DNA of 64,000 bases, taken from positions 17,103 through 81,102 of IMG/VR virus record IMGVR_UViG_2933814219_000003; one strand, 5' to 3'. This DNA comes from a virus. Lineage: Duplodnaviria; Caudoviricetes. The translations under genes and the position numbers were made by a program. Below the pieces are notes generated by a model. That model was not told the origin of the DNA, ran no database searches, and saw only the letters and a program-made list of their open reading frames with translations. Below, piece after piece: positions 36,306 to 45,304 of this stretch; position 1 is the first letter of the stretch; each line of letters begins with the position of its first letter.

Positions 36306-36725
36306 CTAATCCTGACGCGCCACCCATCCTGACCAGCGGTTTACTCGAATCTTGATCACGGGCCCTGCTGGCCGTTGGGCTCGATACTGCGCGTACTTGT
36401 CTACCAATGGCTCCACAAGTTCCTGTGCATGTTCGTTCTCAAGTACCTCGGCTTCCCCGTCGGCTCGGACCCACCAGAGCTGATCCCAGTCGTCGTCGTA
36501 GTGATCGACAAGCAGGGTGACCGCCGGGTTCTCGGCGATGTTCCGAAGGCGCTTCAGGTTGGAGGTGGACTTCGGCTTGTGGTCCACGGCGATCACGACA
36601 GCGTCGCCAGCGAGGGCGTAGGTAGCCGGCACCAGGTGGGGTTGTCCCTCGGAATCAACGGTGCCAAGCCTGAGCACCCGGCCGCACCCGAAGGTCTCCT
36701 GACACTGCCTCTCCGTCATCTTCAT
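36306..36725 (-). CDS. PPOX-class F420-dependent oxidoreductase (Rv0121-like)
   Basis: LGTV...G.PHLVP..AVDHKPK...LKRLRNIAENP.V.LLVDHY.DDW..LWWVRADG. Confidence 0.85.
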   Translation of the reverse strand: MKMTERQCQETFGCGRVLRLGTVDSEGQPHLVPATYALAGDAVVIAVDHKPKSTSNLKRLRNIAENPAVTLLVDHYDDDWDQLWWVRADGEAEVLENEHAQELVEPLVDKYAQYRAQRPAGPVIKIRVNRWSGWVARQD

Positions 36726-36762
36726 GGGGCGCAAACTACGCCCGCATCGCCCCAGTCGCACT

Positions 36763-36823
36763 ACTTGCATACCCAAGGCGAGCAAGCTAGCGTTCCCACT
36801 GACGCCACTTGCATATACAAGCT
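36763..36823. promoter_or_regulatory. Divergent promoter with two more GntR-type operators
   Basis: ACTTGCATACCCAAG 36763-36777 and CCACTTGCATATACAAG 36805-36821, matching the reverse complement of the 35319 box. Confidence 0.75.
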
Positions 36824-36832
36824 GGAGGACTC

Positions 36833-37474
36833 ATGGCGGACCCCCCTTCCACATCCGAACGCACCGCGCTCTACCGCCTCTACAACGCCACCAGTGTGCT
36901 GCTGTACGTCGGCATCAGCACCTACCCGAAGACCCGGTTCATCGAGCACGCCGGCGACAAGAACTGGTGGCACCACGTCACGCGGAAGGACATCGAGTGG
37001 CTGGACAACCGGGAAGCCGCACTCAAGGCCGAGAGTGAGGCCATCGCCAACGAGCGCCCGCTCTACAACGGGTACCACCACCTCGGGCGAGGCTGGCCCG
37101 ACAAGGCCCGCAAGTACGACGACGCCGAAGACCAGCGCCGGGTGCGCTCCGGAATCGAAGCTGCACTTGAGCGTGGAGAGTACGCACCCGACACCCCCCT
37201 GTACGGGTCTCACGTCGGCCGCGAGTTCAACGCATCACCGTCCACCTCCCGGACGGTCCTGGCGAAGCTGGCCGACGAAGGGCGACTCGCCAAGTGGGGA
37301 CACCACTTCAAGGTCCCGCCGTCGGAAGAGATCTCACCGCCCCCCGAGGTGCACGCCGACCCGGCAGTGCGCACCGACCCTTGGTTCACGAGGGTCCTGC
37401 GGGTTGAGTACTACCCGGAGCGGCTACGCAGCCACCGTGATCGCTTTCAGGACAGATTCGGTAACGGCACATAG
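36833..37474 (+). CDS. GIY-YIG-like domain + GntR-like wHTH fusion
   Basis: ALYRLY....LLYVGIS..P..RF.EH...K.WW..ERPLYN; C-terminal GEYAPDTPL..REFNASPSTSR..LADEG. Confidence 0.75.
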   Translation: MADPPSTSERTALYRLYNATSVLLYVGISTYPKTRFIEHAGDKNWWHHVTRKDIEWLDNREAALKAESEAIANERPLYNGYHHLGRGWPDKARKYDDAEDQRRVRSGIEAALERGEYAPDTPLYGSHVGREFNASPSTSRTVLAKLADEGRLAKWGHHFKVPPSEEISPPPEVHADPAVRTDPWFTRVLRVEYYPERLRSHRDRFQDRFGNGT

Positions 37475-37784
37475 TCGGCATCGGCCTGCACCTCAGGTAC
37501 ATGTCCCAGCTCAGCGACCTACGGATTGCCCGAATTGAGAATATGTCACCGCTGGTCAGGGCCCTGATCGCCGTTTCCGGGTGCCTGATCTCGACGGCCA
37601 TCATGGTGGCCTGATCTAGCGTTCATCCCACGTCGTCGACCTCACCAGCCGGCGCTGCATCACCCCTGGGGTTCACCACCCCGGGACGTTAAAAGGCCGG
37701 GCGGTCATCATCCGCCCGGCCTGTGACCAGCGGCACCACCCGTCTGGTCATGAGTCCAGTCCCGATCAAAAGAGAGGTCTCGCC

Positions 37785-38201
37785 ATGAGCTTAACAACAA
37801 ACAAGTCGGCGCCGTCTGCCGCAGCGTCCCTCGTCTCCCCGGTCCTGTCGGCCCCCATCCCTCCGCAGCCGCCGGCTCCGTCCGCCCCGACGGCGCATCC
37901 GACGGCGTGCCCGTCGTGGTGCAAGGACCGGAACTTCCCGGCGGGTCACAACTCGTCGCCGCGGGATACGGCGCACCGGTCGCGCGCCTTGGAGCTGAAG
38001 CTGTCGGGTGAGACGGGCACGGTGACCCTGGTCCGCGCAGAACTGTTCCGCCTGGATGAGCTGGACGACATCGGCGAGACGGTGTTGTACGTGCAGGGCG
38101 AGGACGAGCAGGGCTCGTCGGGTCCTGAGGTGGAGATGTTCGTGGCGAATCTGATCGCGTTCACGGACAGCGTGCGGGTGTTGCACCGCCAGATGGACTG
38201 A
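37785..38201 (+). CDS. DUF6907-like protein
   Basis: CPSWC...H......H.S motif; GAGG RBS. Confidence 0.6.
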   Translation: MSLTTNKSAPSAAASLVSPVLSAPIPPQPPAPSAPTAHPTACPSWCKDRNFPAGHNSSPRDTAHRSRALELKLSGETGTVTLVRAELFRLDELDDIGETVLYVQGEDEQGSSGPEVEMFVANLIAFTDSVRVLHRQMD

Positions 38202-38288
38202 TCGGTCTCTGCGGCTTCTTACGGCCGGGCAGCTGGTGCTGCCCGGCCGTTTCCAGATCGGCGGGCGGGGCCGCGGTGCGGTCTGCCC

Positions 38289-39080
38289 ATGCATGGCGGC
38301 GGGGTGCAGGTGAAGGTCATACGGTCGATGCCTCCGGAGGGCTGGGTGCCGGTGGGGAATGCGACGGCGCAGCAGCGGCGGCTGTCGTGGCGGGCGAAGG
38401 GGCTGCTGCTGGATCTGCTGAGTTTCCCGGACGGTTACCACGTGACGTTCGACGGGTTGATGCAGCAGGCGAAGCGGGCCGGCGACCCGGATGTTGAGGG
38501 TCGGGACGCGATGCGGCGGGCGATGCAGGAGCTTGAGCGGAAGGGCTACTTGGCTCACCGTCGGGTGCCTGTGGAGGATCCGGCGCCTGGTGCGCAGCGG
38601 TGGCGGACGGAGACGGCGGTGTGTGATCTGCCGGTGTTCGCCGCGGATCCTGGAGGTACGGGTTTTCAGGAGGTCCAGAGTTCAGTACCTCCAGACTTCA
38701 GTAGTCCCGGAGACCCGGAGGTCTTTAACAACACGGGTTCTTACAAGAAGAATCAGCAGCAAGAAGAAGCGGAACAATCCTCCTCCGCACTCGCTGGCGC
38801 TCGCGCGGGCCAGCCGGCGAGCCGGCTTGATGCGTTGTACGACGCGGCGAATCAGCTGGACGACGGCAGGCTGCGGCGACTGCTGTTGCAGTTCGAGCGG
38901 AAGCGACCGCGGATCTACCGGGAGCAGCGGCAGAAGACGCTCTCGCAGCTTGGGAGCGAGGCGCCGGAGGATCTGCACTCGGTGCGCGAGGTGGACCTTC
39001 TGAGCTACAAGTACGCGCTTCTGCACTACGCCCGGGAGGGGAAGCCGTTGCCGGACTGGCTGACCCGGTTCCCGCGGTGA
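38289..39080 (+). CDS. HTH replication-initiator-like protein (start uncertain)
   Basis: LSWRAKGLL..LLS.PDG, AMQELERKGYL; central low-complexity linker over repeated DNA. Confidence 0.65.
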   Translation: MHGGGVQVKVIRSMPPEGWVPVGNATAQQRRLSWRAKGLLLDLLSFPDGYHVTFDGLMQQAKRAGDPDVEGRDAMRRAMQELERKGYLAHRRVPVEDPAPGAQRWRTETAVCDLPVFAADPGGTGFQEVQSSVPPDFSSPGDPEVFNNTGSYKKNQQQEEAEQSSSALAGARAGQPASRLDALYDAANQLDDGRLRRLLLQFERKRPRIYREQRQKTLSQLGSEAPEDLHSVREVDLLSYKYALLHYAREGKPLPDWLTRFPR

Positions 39081-39093
39081 GCTCCAGTTCATG

Positions 39094-39127
39094 CCGAAGC
39101 CCCCACCTTGATCGGTGGGGGCTTCGG
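39094..39127. terminator. Hairpin between convergent genes
   Basis: 14-bp stem CCGAAGCCCCCACC/GGTGGGGGCTTCGG. Confidence 0.75.
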
Positions 39128-39141
39128 TGCTCCGTCGCGCT

Positions 39142-39990
39142 CTACGCCCCTTGTTGCCCGGGTACGGAGGCGACAACAACGGACTGGGGTGCCGGCGGCG
39201 GTTGCGGCCCGGCGACCATGGCCTGCACGAGCGCGGACAGGATCTCCCCGCGCTGCTCCTGCGACAGGTCTCCGTCAGCGACAAGCCGTTCCGCGGCGAG
39301 GTAGCGGGACAACTCCAGCGGCTGGTCGAAGTAGGACCGGAGGTGGGTGGCGGCGGACTCCTGCGACCGCACGAACGTCTTGGCGATGTAGCCGGCGAGT
39401 GCGGCTGAGACGGCTCCGAGCCCGCCGGCGACGATGGCGACCGCGGTGGTGCTGGCCCAGAGGGCGATCCACGCGAAGAGGATCAAGAGGAAGAACCCAG
39501 CGACCATGGCCACCTGCGCATTCCGGAAAGAGGTCTTTGCCTGCCCTGTGGCGATCTGGTGATAGAGGTCGAGGCGGGCGTGGGTGGCTTCCCAAAGTTC
39601 GGGGAGCCCCAGGAGACTCCGTCGGCGGGATGCGTCGTCGGCGGAGACGTCGACTCGCTCGCCCGATTGCGGGTGTGGGATCGGGCTGCCTGTCGCAAAG
39701 TCGTGGGTTCCGCGAAGGGCGTCGGCGAGAGCGAACTCTGCTTGCGTCAGACGTTGACGGCTTTCCCCGACGGCTGCGGCCTGGCTGCCGCTGACAGACA
39801 TCACCTTTGAGATGACAGTTACGAGTCCGGCGACGCCGGCCGCTACCGGGACGGCCACTTTGGCGACGTCGGGCCAGAGGACAAGGAGTACGAGCGAGCC
39901 AGCGAACACGCCAAGGACGAACGTGAAAGCGACTTTGAACGCGAAGCGAGACGTTGGATTGGTGTCGTCGGGGGATTGACTTTGCGGCAT
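39142..39990 (-). CDS. Membrane protein with TRADD-N-associated 2-TM-like domain
   Basis: Four TM segments; YH.IA..QAK.SF..A motif before the second TM pair. Confidence 0.55.
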   Translation of the reverse strand: MPQSQSPDDTNPTSRFAFKVAFTFVLGVFAGSLVLLVLWPDVAKVAVPVAAGVAGLVTVISKVMSVSGSQAAAVGESRQRLTQAEFALADALRGTHDFATGSPIPHPQSGERVDVSADDASRRRSLLGLPELWEATHARLDLYHQIATGQAKTSFRNAQVAMVAGFFLLILFAWIALWASTTAVAIVAGGLGAVSAALAGYIAKTFVRSQESAATHLRSYFDQPLELSRYLAAERLVADGDLSQEQRGEILSALVQAMVAGPQPPPAPQSVVVASVPGQQGA

Positions 39991-40195
39991 GGATCAAGAG
40001 GATGCCGGGCCCGCGCCGCGGCGTCCACCGGTTCCGGTGAACCCGGCCGGGGCGGCTCGCTGACGATGAGGCCTACCAGCGGTGTCACCCGGGGGTGCGG
40101 TTCTGACGGCCAGACGAGGCTAGGCCCCATCCGGTGACGTGGCACGCCTGATCCGCCACACTGACGTGATGGGGAGACAGGGACAGCAGGTACCG

Positions 40196-40453
40196 ATGAC
40201 TACTACCGATTCGCCGTTGACGGGGCTTGCTATTGGGCAGAGTTGGTTGATCTGGGGGGCGGAGGCCCCGAATTTGAGCGAGGCGCATTCCAGTCTGGAG
40301 TCGACGGCCGCGAGTCATGGGGCTGACGCGGTCATTGGGGTGCGTTTCGTCACCGTGTCGGACACGAGCACGAGGGTGGGCTTCATGTCGGGCGAGAGGA
40401 TCGAGACCCGGACGGTTTGCCAGGGCTATGGCACAGCCATCCGCTATGCGTGA
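40196..40453 (+). CDS. YbjQ-like (heavy-metal-binding fold) protein
   Basis: A...GADAVIGVRF...YGTAI motif. Confidence 0.7.
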   Translation: MTTTDSPLTGLAIGQSWLIWGAEAPNLSEAHSSLESTAASHGADAVIGVRFVTVSDTSTRVGFMSGERIETRTVCQGYGTAIRYA

Positions 40454-40554
40454 GGTGCGGAGCATGACGAGGACACGCTGCACTCGGTGATGCACTGACG
40501 GCGCTCCTGCGGCACGCAACGTGTCCTGCCCCCGCCTCGGCCCGTTAGACCACC

Positions 40555-40725
40555 ATGGACTCCCCCACCGACTCGTACCCGACGGCACCGCGCCTCTCTC
40601 TGATCACGCTGGACGAGGCGCGGGAGGCGGTCCGTCTGCTCCAGCACTTCGCCGATGACAGTCCGGAGGGCCGGGACGCGGGGGTGTGGGCTGCGGACAT
40701 GGCACTGCGCTTGCCGTCAGATTGA
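40555..40725 (+). CDS. Small hypothetical protein (56 aa)
   Basis: MDSPTD..LITLDEAREAVRLL..A.RLPS. Confidence 0.45.
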   Translation: MDSPTDSYPTAPRLSLITLDEAREAVRLLQHFADDSPEGRDAGVWAADMALRLPSD

Positions 40726-40822
40726 ACGTGAAAGGCCCCGCCAAGCTGGCGGGAGCCGCCGTGCGTGGGCTTCGGCGTGCCAGCGGCGTCATCCGGCGGG
40801 CCGGTTCCGAGGCGGGTTTGGT

Positions 40823-41353
40823 CTACGAGAAGCGGCGGAACGGGGGTGCCCCGGAGTAGCCGCGGACTCGCTTGTGGCCATCGTCGAACGGGGCGGCTGC
40901 CTTGGGGCCGGCGGCTCGGATCGCCTGCTTCCGGATCGGGTCAATCGGGGTCTCGCTCTTTGCGTACTCGGTGAGGCGTTCGATGCGGAGGTCTTCTAGG
41001 CGCCGTTTCTGCTGTGGTGTCAGGCGCTTGGTGCGCTGGACTGGTGCAGCTTCACGGCGGTCCGCTAGAAGGGCGCTAGAGCTCAGGCCCTTCTTGGGTC
41101 GACTCTTGAGGCGTCTGTTGGCGTGGACGGCCCAGGGCTGGTTCTCTCCGTACCCGACCGCGCGGAGAGGCTTCCACCCCTTGGCATAGGACACCCGTTG
41201 CTCGACGACGACCTTCCGGCCCTCGCGGGCCAGTTCGTTGGCGCGCTGGTTTGCGTCGGCCAGCGTGGAGAATCGTTCGTACTTGTGGTTGCCTTTCGGC
41301 CGTTTGATGCTGACAGTTCTGTACTGGCGTCGTCCCGATGAGTCCTGCGTCAT
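40823..41353 (-). CDS. Basic hypothetical protein (lower GC)
   Basis: 176-aa Lys/Arg-rich ORF. Confidence 0.55.
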   Translation of the reverse strand: MTQDSSGRRQYRTVSIKRPKGNHKYERFSTLADANQRANELAREGRKVVVEQRVSYAKGWKPLRAVGYGENQPWAVHANRRLKSRPKKGLSSSALLADRREAAPVQRTKRLTPQQKRRLEDLRIERLTEYAKSETPIDPIRKQAIRAAGPKAAAPFDDGHKRVRGYSGAPPFRRFS

Positions 41354-41395
41354 CTGCCCCCCAGCAGTCTTCTGCGTTGCCCTGCGGATTCGTAG

Positions 41396-41569
41396 TCAGT
41401 CGCCGTCTGGCAGGTGTCCGTGCCCGTCGCACGTCGTGCACTCGATGACAGCTGGGTCCTGGCACAGCGGGCTGTCGCAGTCGTGGGCGTAAGGGTTCTC
41501 GATTCGCCCGGTTGTGTGGCATTCCCAGCATGCGACGTGCCCGGTGGGGATGGCGGCGGTCTGCGGCAT
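41396..41569 (-). CDS. Small zinc-finger protein
   Basis: CWECHTTG..CTTCDGHG (DnaJ-like CxxCxGxG). Confidence 0.55.
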   Translation of the reverse strand: MPQTAAIPTGHVACWECHTTGRIENPYAHDCDSPLCQDPAVIECTTCDGHGHLPDGD

Positions 41570-41661
41570 GGGCCAATTCTGCCGGGCAGAAGCGCCTGTT
41601 GGGCCCGAACGCACCAAAGCGGCCCCTACCCGTTTGGGTGGGGGCCGCGGCGCGTCTGGGG

Positions 41662-43159
41662 TCAACTGGCGAATGGTTCGTCCGGTGCGCCTCCGAGGAT
41701 CTTCGGGGCGTGTGTTCGGTTCTTCTTCCGTGCTGCTCGTCTGGTGGCCCGGTTGGGCTTCGGCTCGGGCTCGTTGTCGGTTATGAGCAGTTCGCCAGTG
41801 GTGCGGAGCACGGTTTCCCACCGGGCCCCGGGGCGGCCGGCGTGCTCGCCCCGGGGTGTGGTCGATGGCTGGGCCATGAGGCCTCCTTGGGTCAGAGGTA
41901 GTCGCCGACGGGGATGGTCACGGTCTCCCGCTCGACGACCGGCGGGGGCGGTGGCGGGTCGTCGCAGGGGCAGGCCCCTGCCTCGTCGTCGTAGTGGCAG
42001 GGGTGCCCGTAGGCGCACGGGGGTGGCCCAGTCACGGGGTGGCCTTCACGGTCGCGTCGCAGACGCAGGCGCAGTGGAGGCTGGTGCTCCGGTGGGGGCA
42101 GGGGGTGCAGGGCCCGGGGTCGGGGCGCCCGCACCCGCACAGGCCGGCGGGCGGGGTGAGGGCGGCGCGGATGATGTGGGCGCAACAGGCGCCGACCGGG
42201 CCGGTGTCGACGGCCCGGCGAACACGGGCGACGATGCCCTCCAGCCCGCGGACACGGGCCTCGGCGCGGTCGCGTTCGTCGTACAACGCAGCGAGAGCGT
42301 CCTCGGTGAGGTCGTCGAGTTGGACACGCTCGGGCTGGGTGGTCACTGCCCCTCCTCCGGGATGCGCTTGGCGCAGGCGTGCGGGTCACCGCACTGGGGG
42401 CGCCCGTCCCACGAGGTGATGGGCGGCAGGGCGGGCTGCTGGCACCACTGGCAGACAGGCGCGGGCTGGGTGGTCACCGGGCCCCCTCGGTGGTGGTGGC
42501 TCGCGGCGTCGGGCAGCCGCAGCTCCCGAACTGGTCGGTCGGCGGCGGTGTCGGCGGCTTGCCCTCCATCTGCAACAGCACCTCGTCGGCCAGGGCGCGC
42601 TGCTGTTCCTCGGTGAGGCAGGCGGGCCACCGGCAGGCGGTGTTGGGCCAGGTGATGTGGCGTCGCCATCCGGGGCCGACCTGAGCGAGGGCTTTGTGTT
42701 CGCCTTCGTGGCCTGCGGGTTGGTCGCAGAGCTGTCCGACGTGGTGTTCGTCGCCGGGGAACTCGGCGGTGCAGAGGTCTTCGTCGCTGAGCACGGGGTG
42801 GTCCTTCCGGGTTGGGTGTGGCCGCTTGTGGTGGGGCGGCCACACAGCAGGGGTGGTCAGGAGGCCGGGTGCGTCCGGTGGTAGGCGTCGGTCGCGGTGT
42901 GCCCGTTGACGGTCAGGGTCGGGGCGATGCGTCGGGCGACGGTGAGTGCGTCGTCGTAGTCGGCGAAGGGGTGGTGGCGGCCCTCGCCGTGGTGGCCGAT
43001 CCCGTCGGCGTCGTAGCCCCGGTGCCCGTCGGTGACGATCCATCCGCGCGGGGTCAGCTCGACGTACAGGGCGAAGTACCGGTGGTTGATGTCGTCGGCG
43101 GGGAGGACGGACACGGTGTAGCGGGTGATGGTGGTGAGCACCTTCGGCGGCGTGGTCAT
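41662..43159 (-). other. Cluster of six coupled small phage ORFs (41662-41877, 41892-42035, 42032-42346, 42343-42477, 42474-42794, 42857-43159)
   Basis: GTGA overlaps, RBS motifs, Cys/His-rich modules. Confidence 0.6.
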
Positions 43160-43184
43160 GTGGGTCTCCGTGGTTGGGCCGGGA

Positions 43185-43583
43185 TCACCCGGCAGCAGGG
43201 GCGGGGGTGGTGGTGCGGGCGCGTTCGTAGCGGGCACGGGCGGCGATGAACTCGGCGTCGGTGCCGCCGCGGTCGGGGTGAGCGTCCGCCATGGCGGCCT
43301 TCAGCTCGGCCAGGGACGGCGGCTTGAGCTGGCCAGGGATCTCCGGCGGGTTCAGGTGAAGCCGGCGCAGGGTGTAGCCGTGGTAGATCTCGCCGTCCGC
43401 CTCGATGCGCTGGCGGTCTACGAACCCGCCTCGGTGAGCCCCGGTGGAGTACGTGAAGTAGATCCGCTTGGCGGTCTTCTTCGTGATCGGGTGCTGGAGG
43501 ACCTGGTAGTTACCGAAGGGGCCGTCGTCCCAGTTGGCGTCCCACAGCTCGTACAGGTACTCGGTGCGCGCGGGCGTGGTCAT
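43185..43583 (-). CDS. Protein with C-terminal J-domain-like motif
   Basis: AHPDRGGTDAEFI..RARYE. Confidence 0.7.
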   Translation of the reverse strand: MTTPARTEYLYELWDANWDDGPFGNYQVLQHPITKKTAKRIYFTYSTGAHRGGFVDRQRIEADGEIYHGYTLRRLHLNPPEIPGQLKPPSLAELKAAMADAHPDRGGTDAEFIAARARYERARTTTPAPAAG

Positions 43584-44530
43584 CGTGTGGTCTCCTCGCA
43601 CTCGTGGTCTTCGTCGAGGCGCAGCCCGTCCTCTTCGTCCCACCAGCCGTCTCCGGATGCGCCGCAGGTGCCGCATTCCCAGCGCCCGGCGAGGCTGATC
43701 CCGGTGTATCCGTGGTCGGTCATCGGGCCTGCTCCTCGGGCGCGGCAGGCCTTGGCGGGCGGCTCGTCCAGTGCGTCCGTGACCCGGATCGCGGTCCCGG
43801 CGAACAGGCCCTGGGACGCCGCCCGGATCTGCTGGACGGCGGTGTTGTGGCTGTGCTGCCGGTACTCGGTGGGGGTCATGCCGAGCGCGGCGGCCTTGTC
43901 GGCGGTGGTGGTGGTCTGGTGTGCCCCGGCGGCAGCCTCACCGGCCAGCACGGCGAGGACCGCGTCGGCGTGCTCCCCGTACTCGTCGGGCTCCATCAGC
44001 TCGTCGGGGAGCCAGTCGAACCCGGACGCTTCGCAGATCGCCCGGCGGATCCGGTCCCGGGTCGCGGCCCGGTCGGCCGGCGCGGGCGGTGCGGCGGCCA
44101 GCTCGGCTCGCAGTCGGGCCACGGCCTTCTCGGACGCCGAGATCGCCCCCCGCAGCGCATCGTCCAGCCCCTCGGCCTCAGCGCGGAGGGAGGCCTGCTC
44201 GGCGTCGGCGACTGCCATGACGGCGTCGATCATGTGCTGGCCGTCGTCGAGGACCCAGCCGTCGGTCTCACGGATCGCTGCGGCGTATCGGGCGCGGCGG
44301 TCGGCGGACGGCTCGTCGGCGGCGGTGTCCTGGGCCGTGCTGGTGCCGAGGATCCGCCGGGCCACCGCCAGGGCCGGGTGCACCACGGTCGCGACCGCGC
44401 CGCCTTCCCCGAGAGCGTGGTGGTCGGACGCGTCGGCCAGCGTCTCCAGCAGCCGGGCGAGTTCGGGGCTCGGGGCGTGGCCAGCCGCGGCGCGCAGCTG
44501 GTCAGCGGGGGTGGGTGAGGTGTCGGTCAT
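43580..44530 (-). CDS. Mosaic Ala-rich phage protein
   Basis: MTDTSPTP..; GGAG RBS; C-terminal CxxC. Confidence 0.65.
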   Translation of the reverse strand: MTDTSPTPADQLRAAAGHAPSPELARLLETLADASDHHALGEGGAVATVVHPALAVARRILGTSTAQDTAADEPSADRRARYAAAIRETDGWVLDDGQHMIDAVMAVADAEQASLRAEAEGLDDALRGAISASEKAVARLRAELAAAPPAPADRAATRDRIRRAICEASGFDWLPDELMEPDEYGEHADAVLAVLAGEAAAGAHQTTTTADKAAALGMTPTEYRQHSHNTAVQQIRAASQGLFAGTAIRVTDALDEPPAKACRARGAGPMTDHGYTGISLAGRWECGTCGASGDGWWDEEDGLRLDEDHECEETTR

Positions 44531-44604
44531 CAACGGCTCCAGGTGGTCGGTACGGTGTGGTGGGCGCCCGCCCCGGATACGCGCCGGGGCGGGCGTCTTG
44601 CTGG

Positions 44605-45060
44605 TCACGGGGTGGTGCAGCGGTTGAGCCAGAACCCGTCGCCGTGCTCGTCGACATGGCGGCGGCCGATCTCCCACCCGTCCAGGCGGGCCAAGTCCTG
44701 CCACGTCCACCGGAGCGCCAGCGACGCCCACCCGTCGTCCGGGCGGTTCATCAGGTACGGGCGGCGGTCTACGGGATGCACACGGACGAGAACGCGGTCG
44801 TCGAGGGAGGACAGGGTGCGAGGGGCCGCCCGGAAGATGGGGCACGCCTCGCAGTTCCCGGCGGTGACGCACGGCCCGTAGCCGCCGTAGCGGGCACGCC
44901 GGGTGTCCTGCGACTCCCGCAGGTGGCTGTAGTCCCGGGGCCGCAGCGCGCACTCGTCACCCGCCAGGCCGCCCATGGACGCGACGGACAACCGGTTCCA
45001 CCCCTGCCCGTCGGAGCCGCCGTTGCGGTGCGCCGGAGCCGGGAGGTAGATCGGCATCAC
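44605..45060 (-). CDS. Phage hypothetical protein
   Basis: Coupled ORF with Cys motifs. Confidence 0.6.
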   Translation of the reverse strand: MMPIYLPAPAHRNGGSDGQGWNRLSVASMGGLAGDECALRPRDYSHLRESQDTRRARYGGYGPCVTAGNCEACPIFRAAPRTLSSLDDRVLVRVHPVDRRPYLMNRPDDGWASLALRWTWQDLARLDGWEIGRRHVDEHGDGFWLNRCTTP

Positions 45061-45224
45061 TCGGCCCTCGCTTCGGCGATCAGCCGGTCGACGAGGAGGC
45101 GGGCGGTGTCGGCGCTGTAGCCGTAGTCGGTCAGGGCGTGCTCGATGACGGTTCGCGACATGTCGAGTTCGGACGGGGCGACCGAGGCGGGGCGGTCAGG
45201 GGTGGTGGGTGAGGTGTCGGGCAT
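45057..45224 (-). CDS. Small protein MPDTSPTT..
   Basis: Shares RBS and 5' end with the 44530 gene. Confidence 0.55.
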   Translation of the reverse strand: MPDTSPTTPDRPASVAPSELDMSRTVIEHALTDYGYSADTARLLVDRLIAEARAE

Positions 45225-45304
45225 CAACGGCTCCAGGTGGGTGCAGGTACGGTGGGCGGGCCGGCTGCCCCCGGGTCGAACGGGGGCAGCCGGTACTGCG
45301 TGGG

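Noticed and set aside
27704-39080. Complete autonomous AICE inserted in the prophage
   Set aside because: No second integrase or RepSA/RCR Rep, and no flanking direct repeats seen by eye; not fully excluded without alignment.
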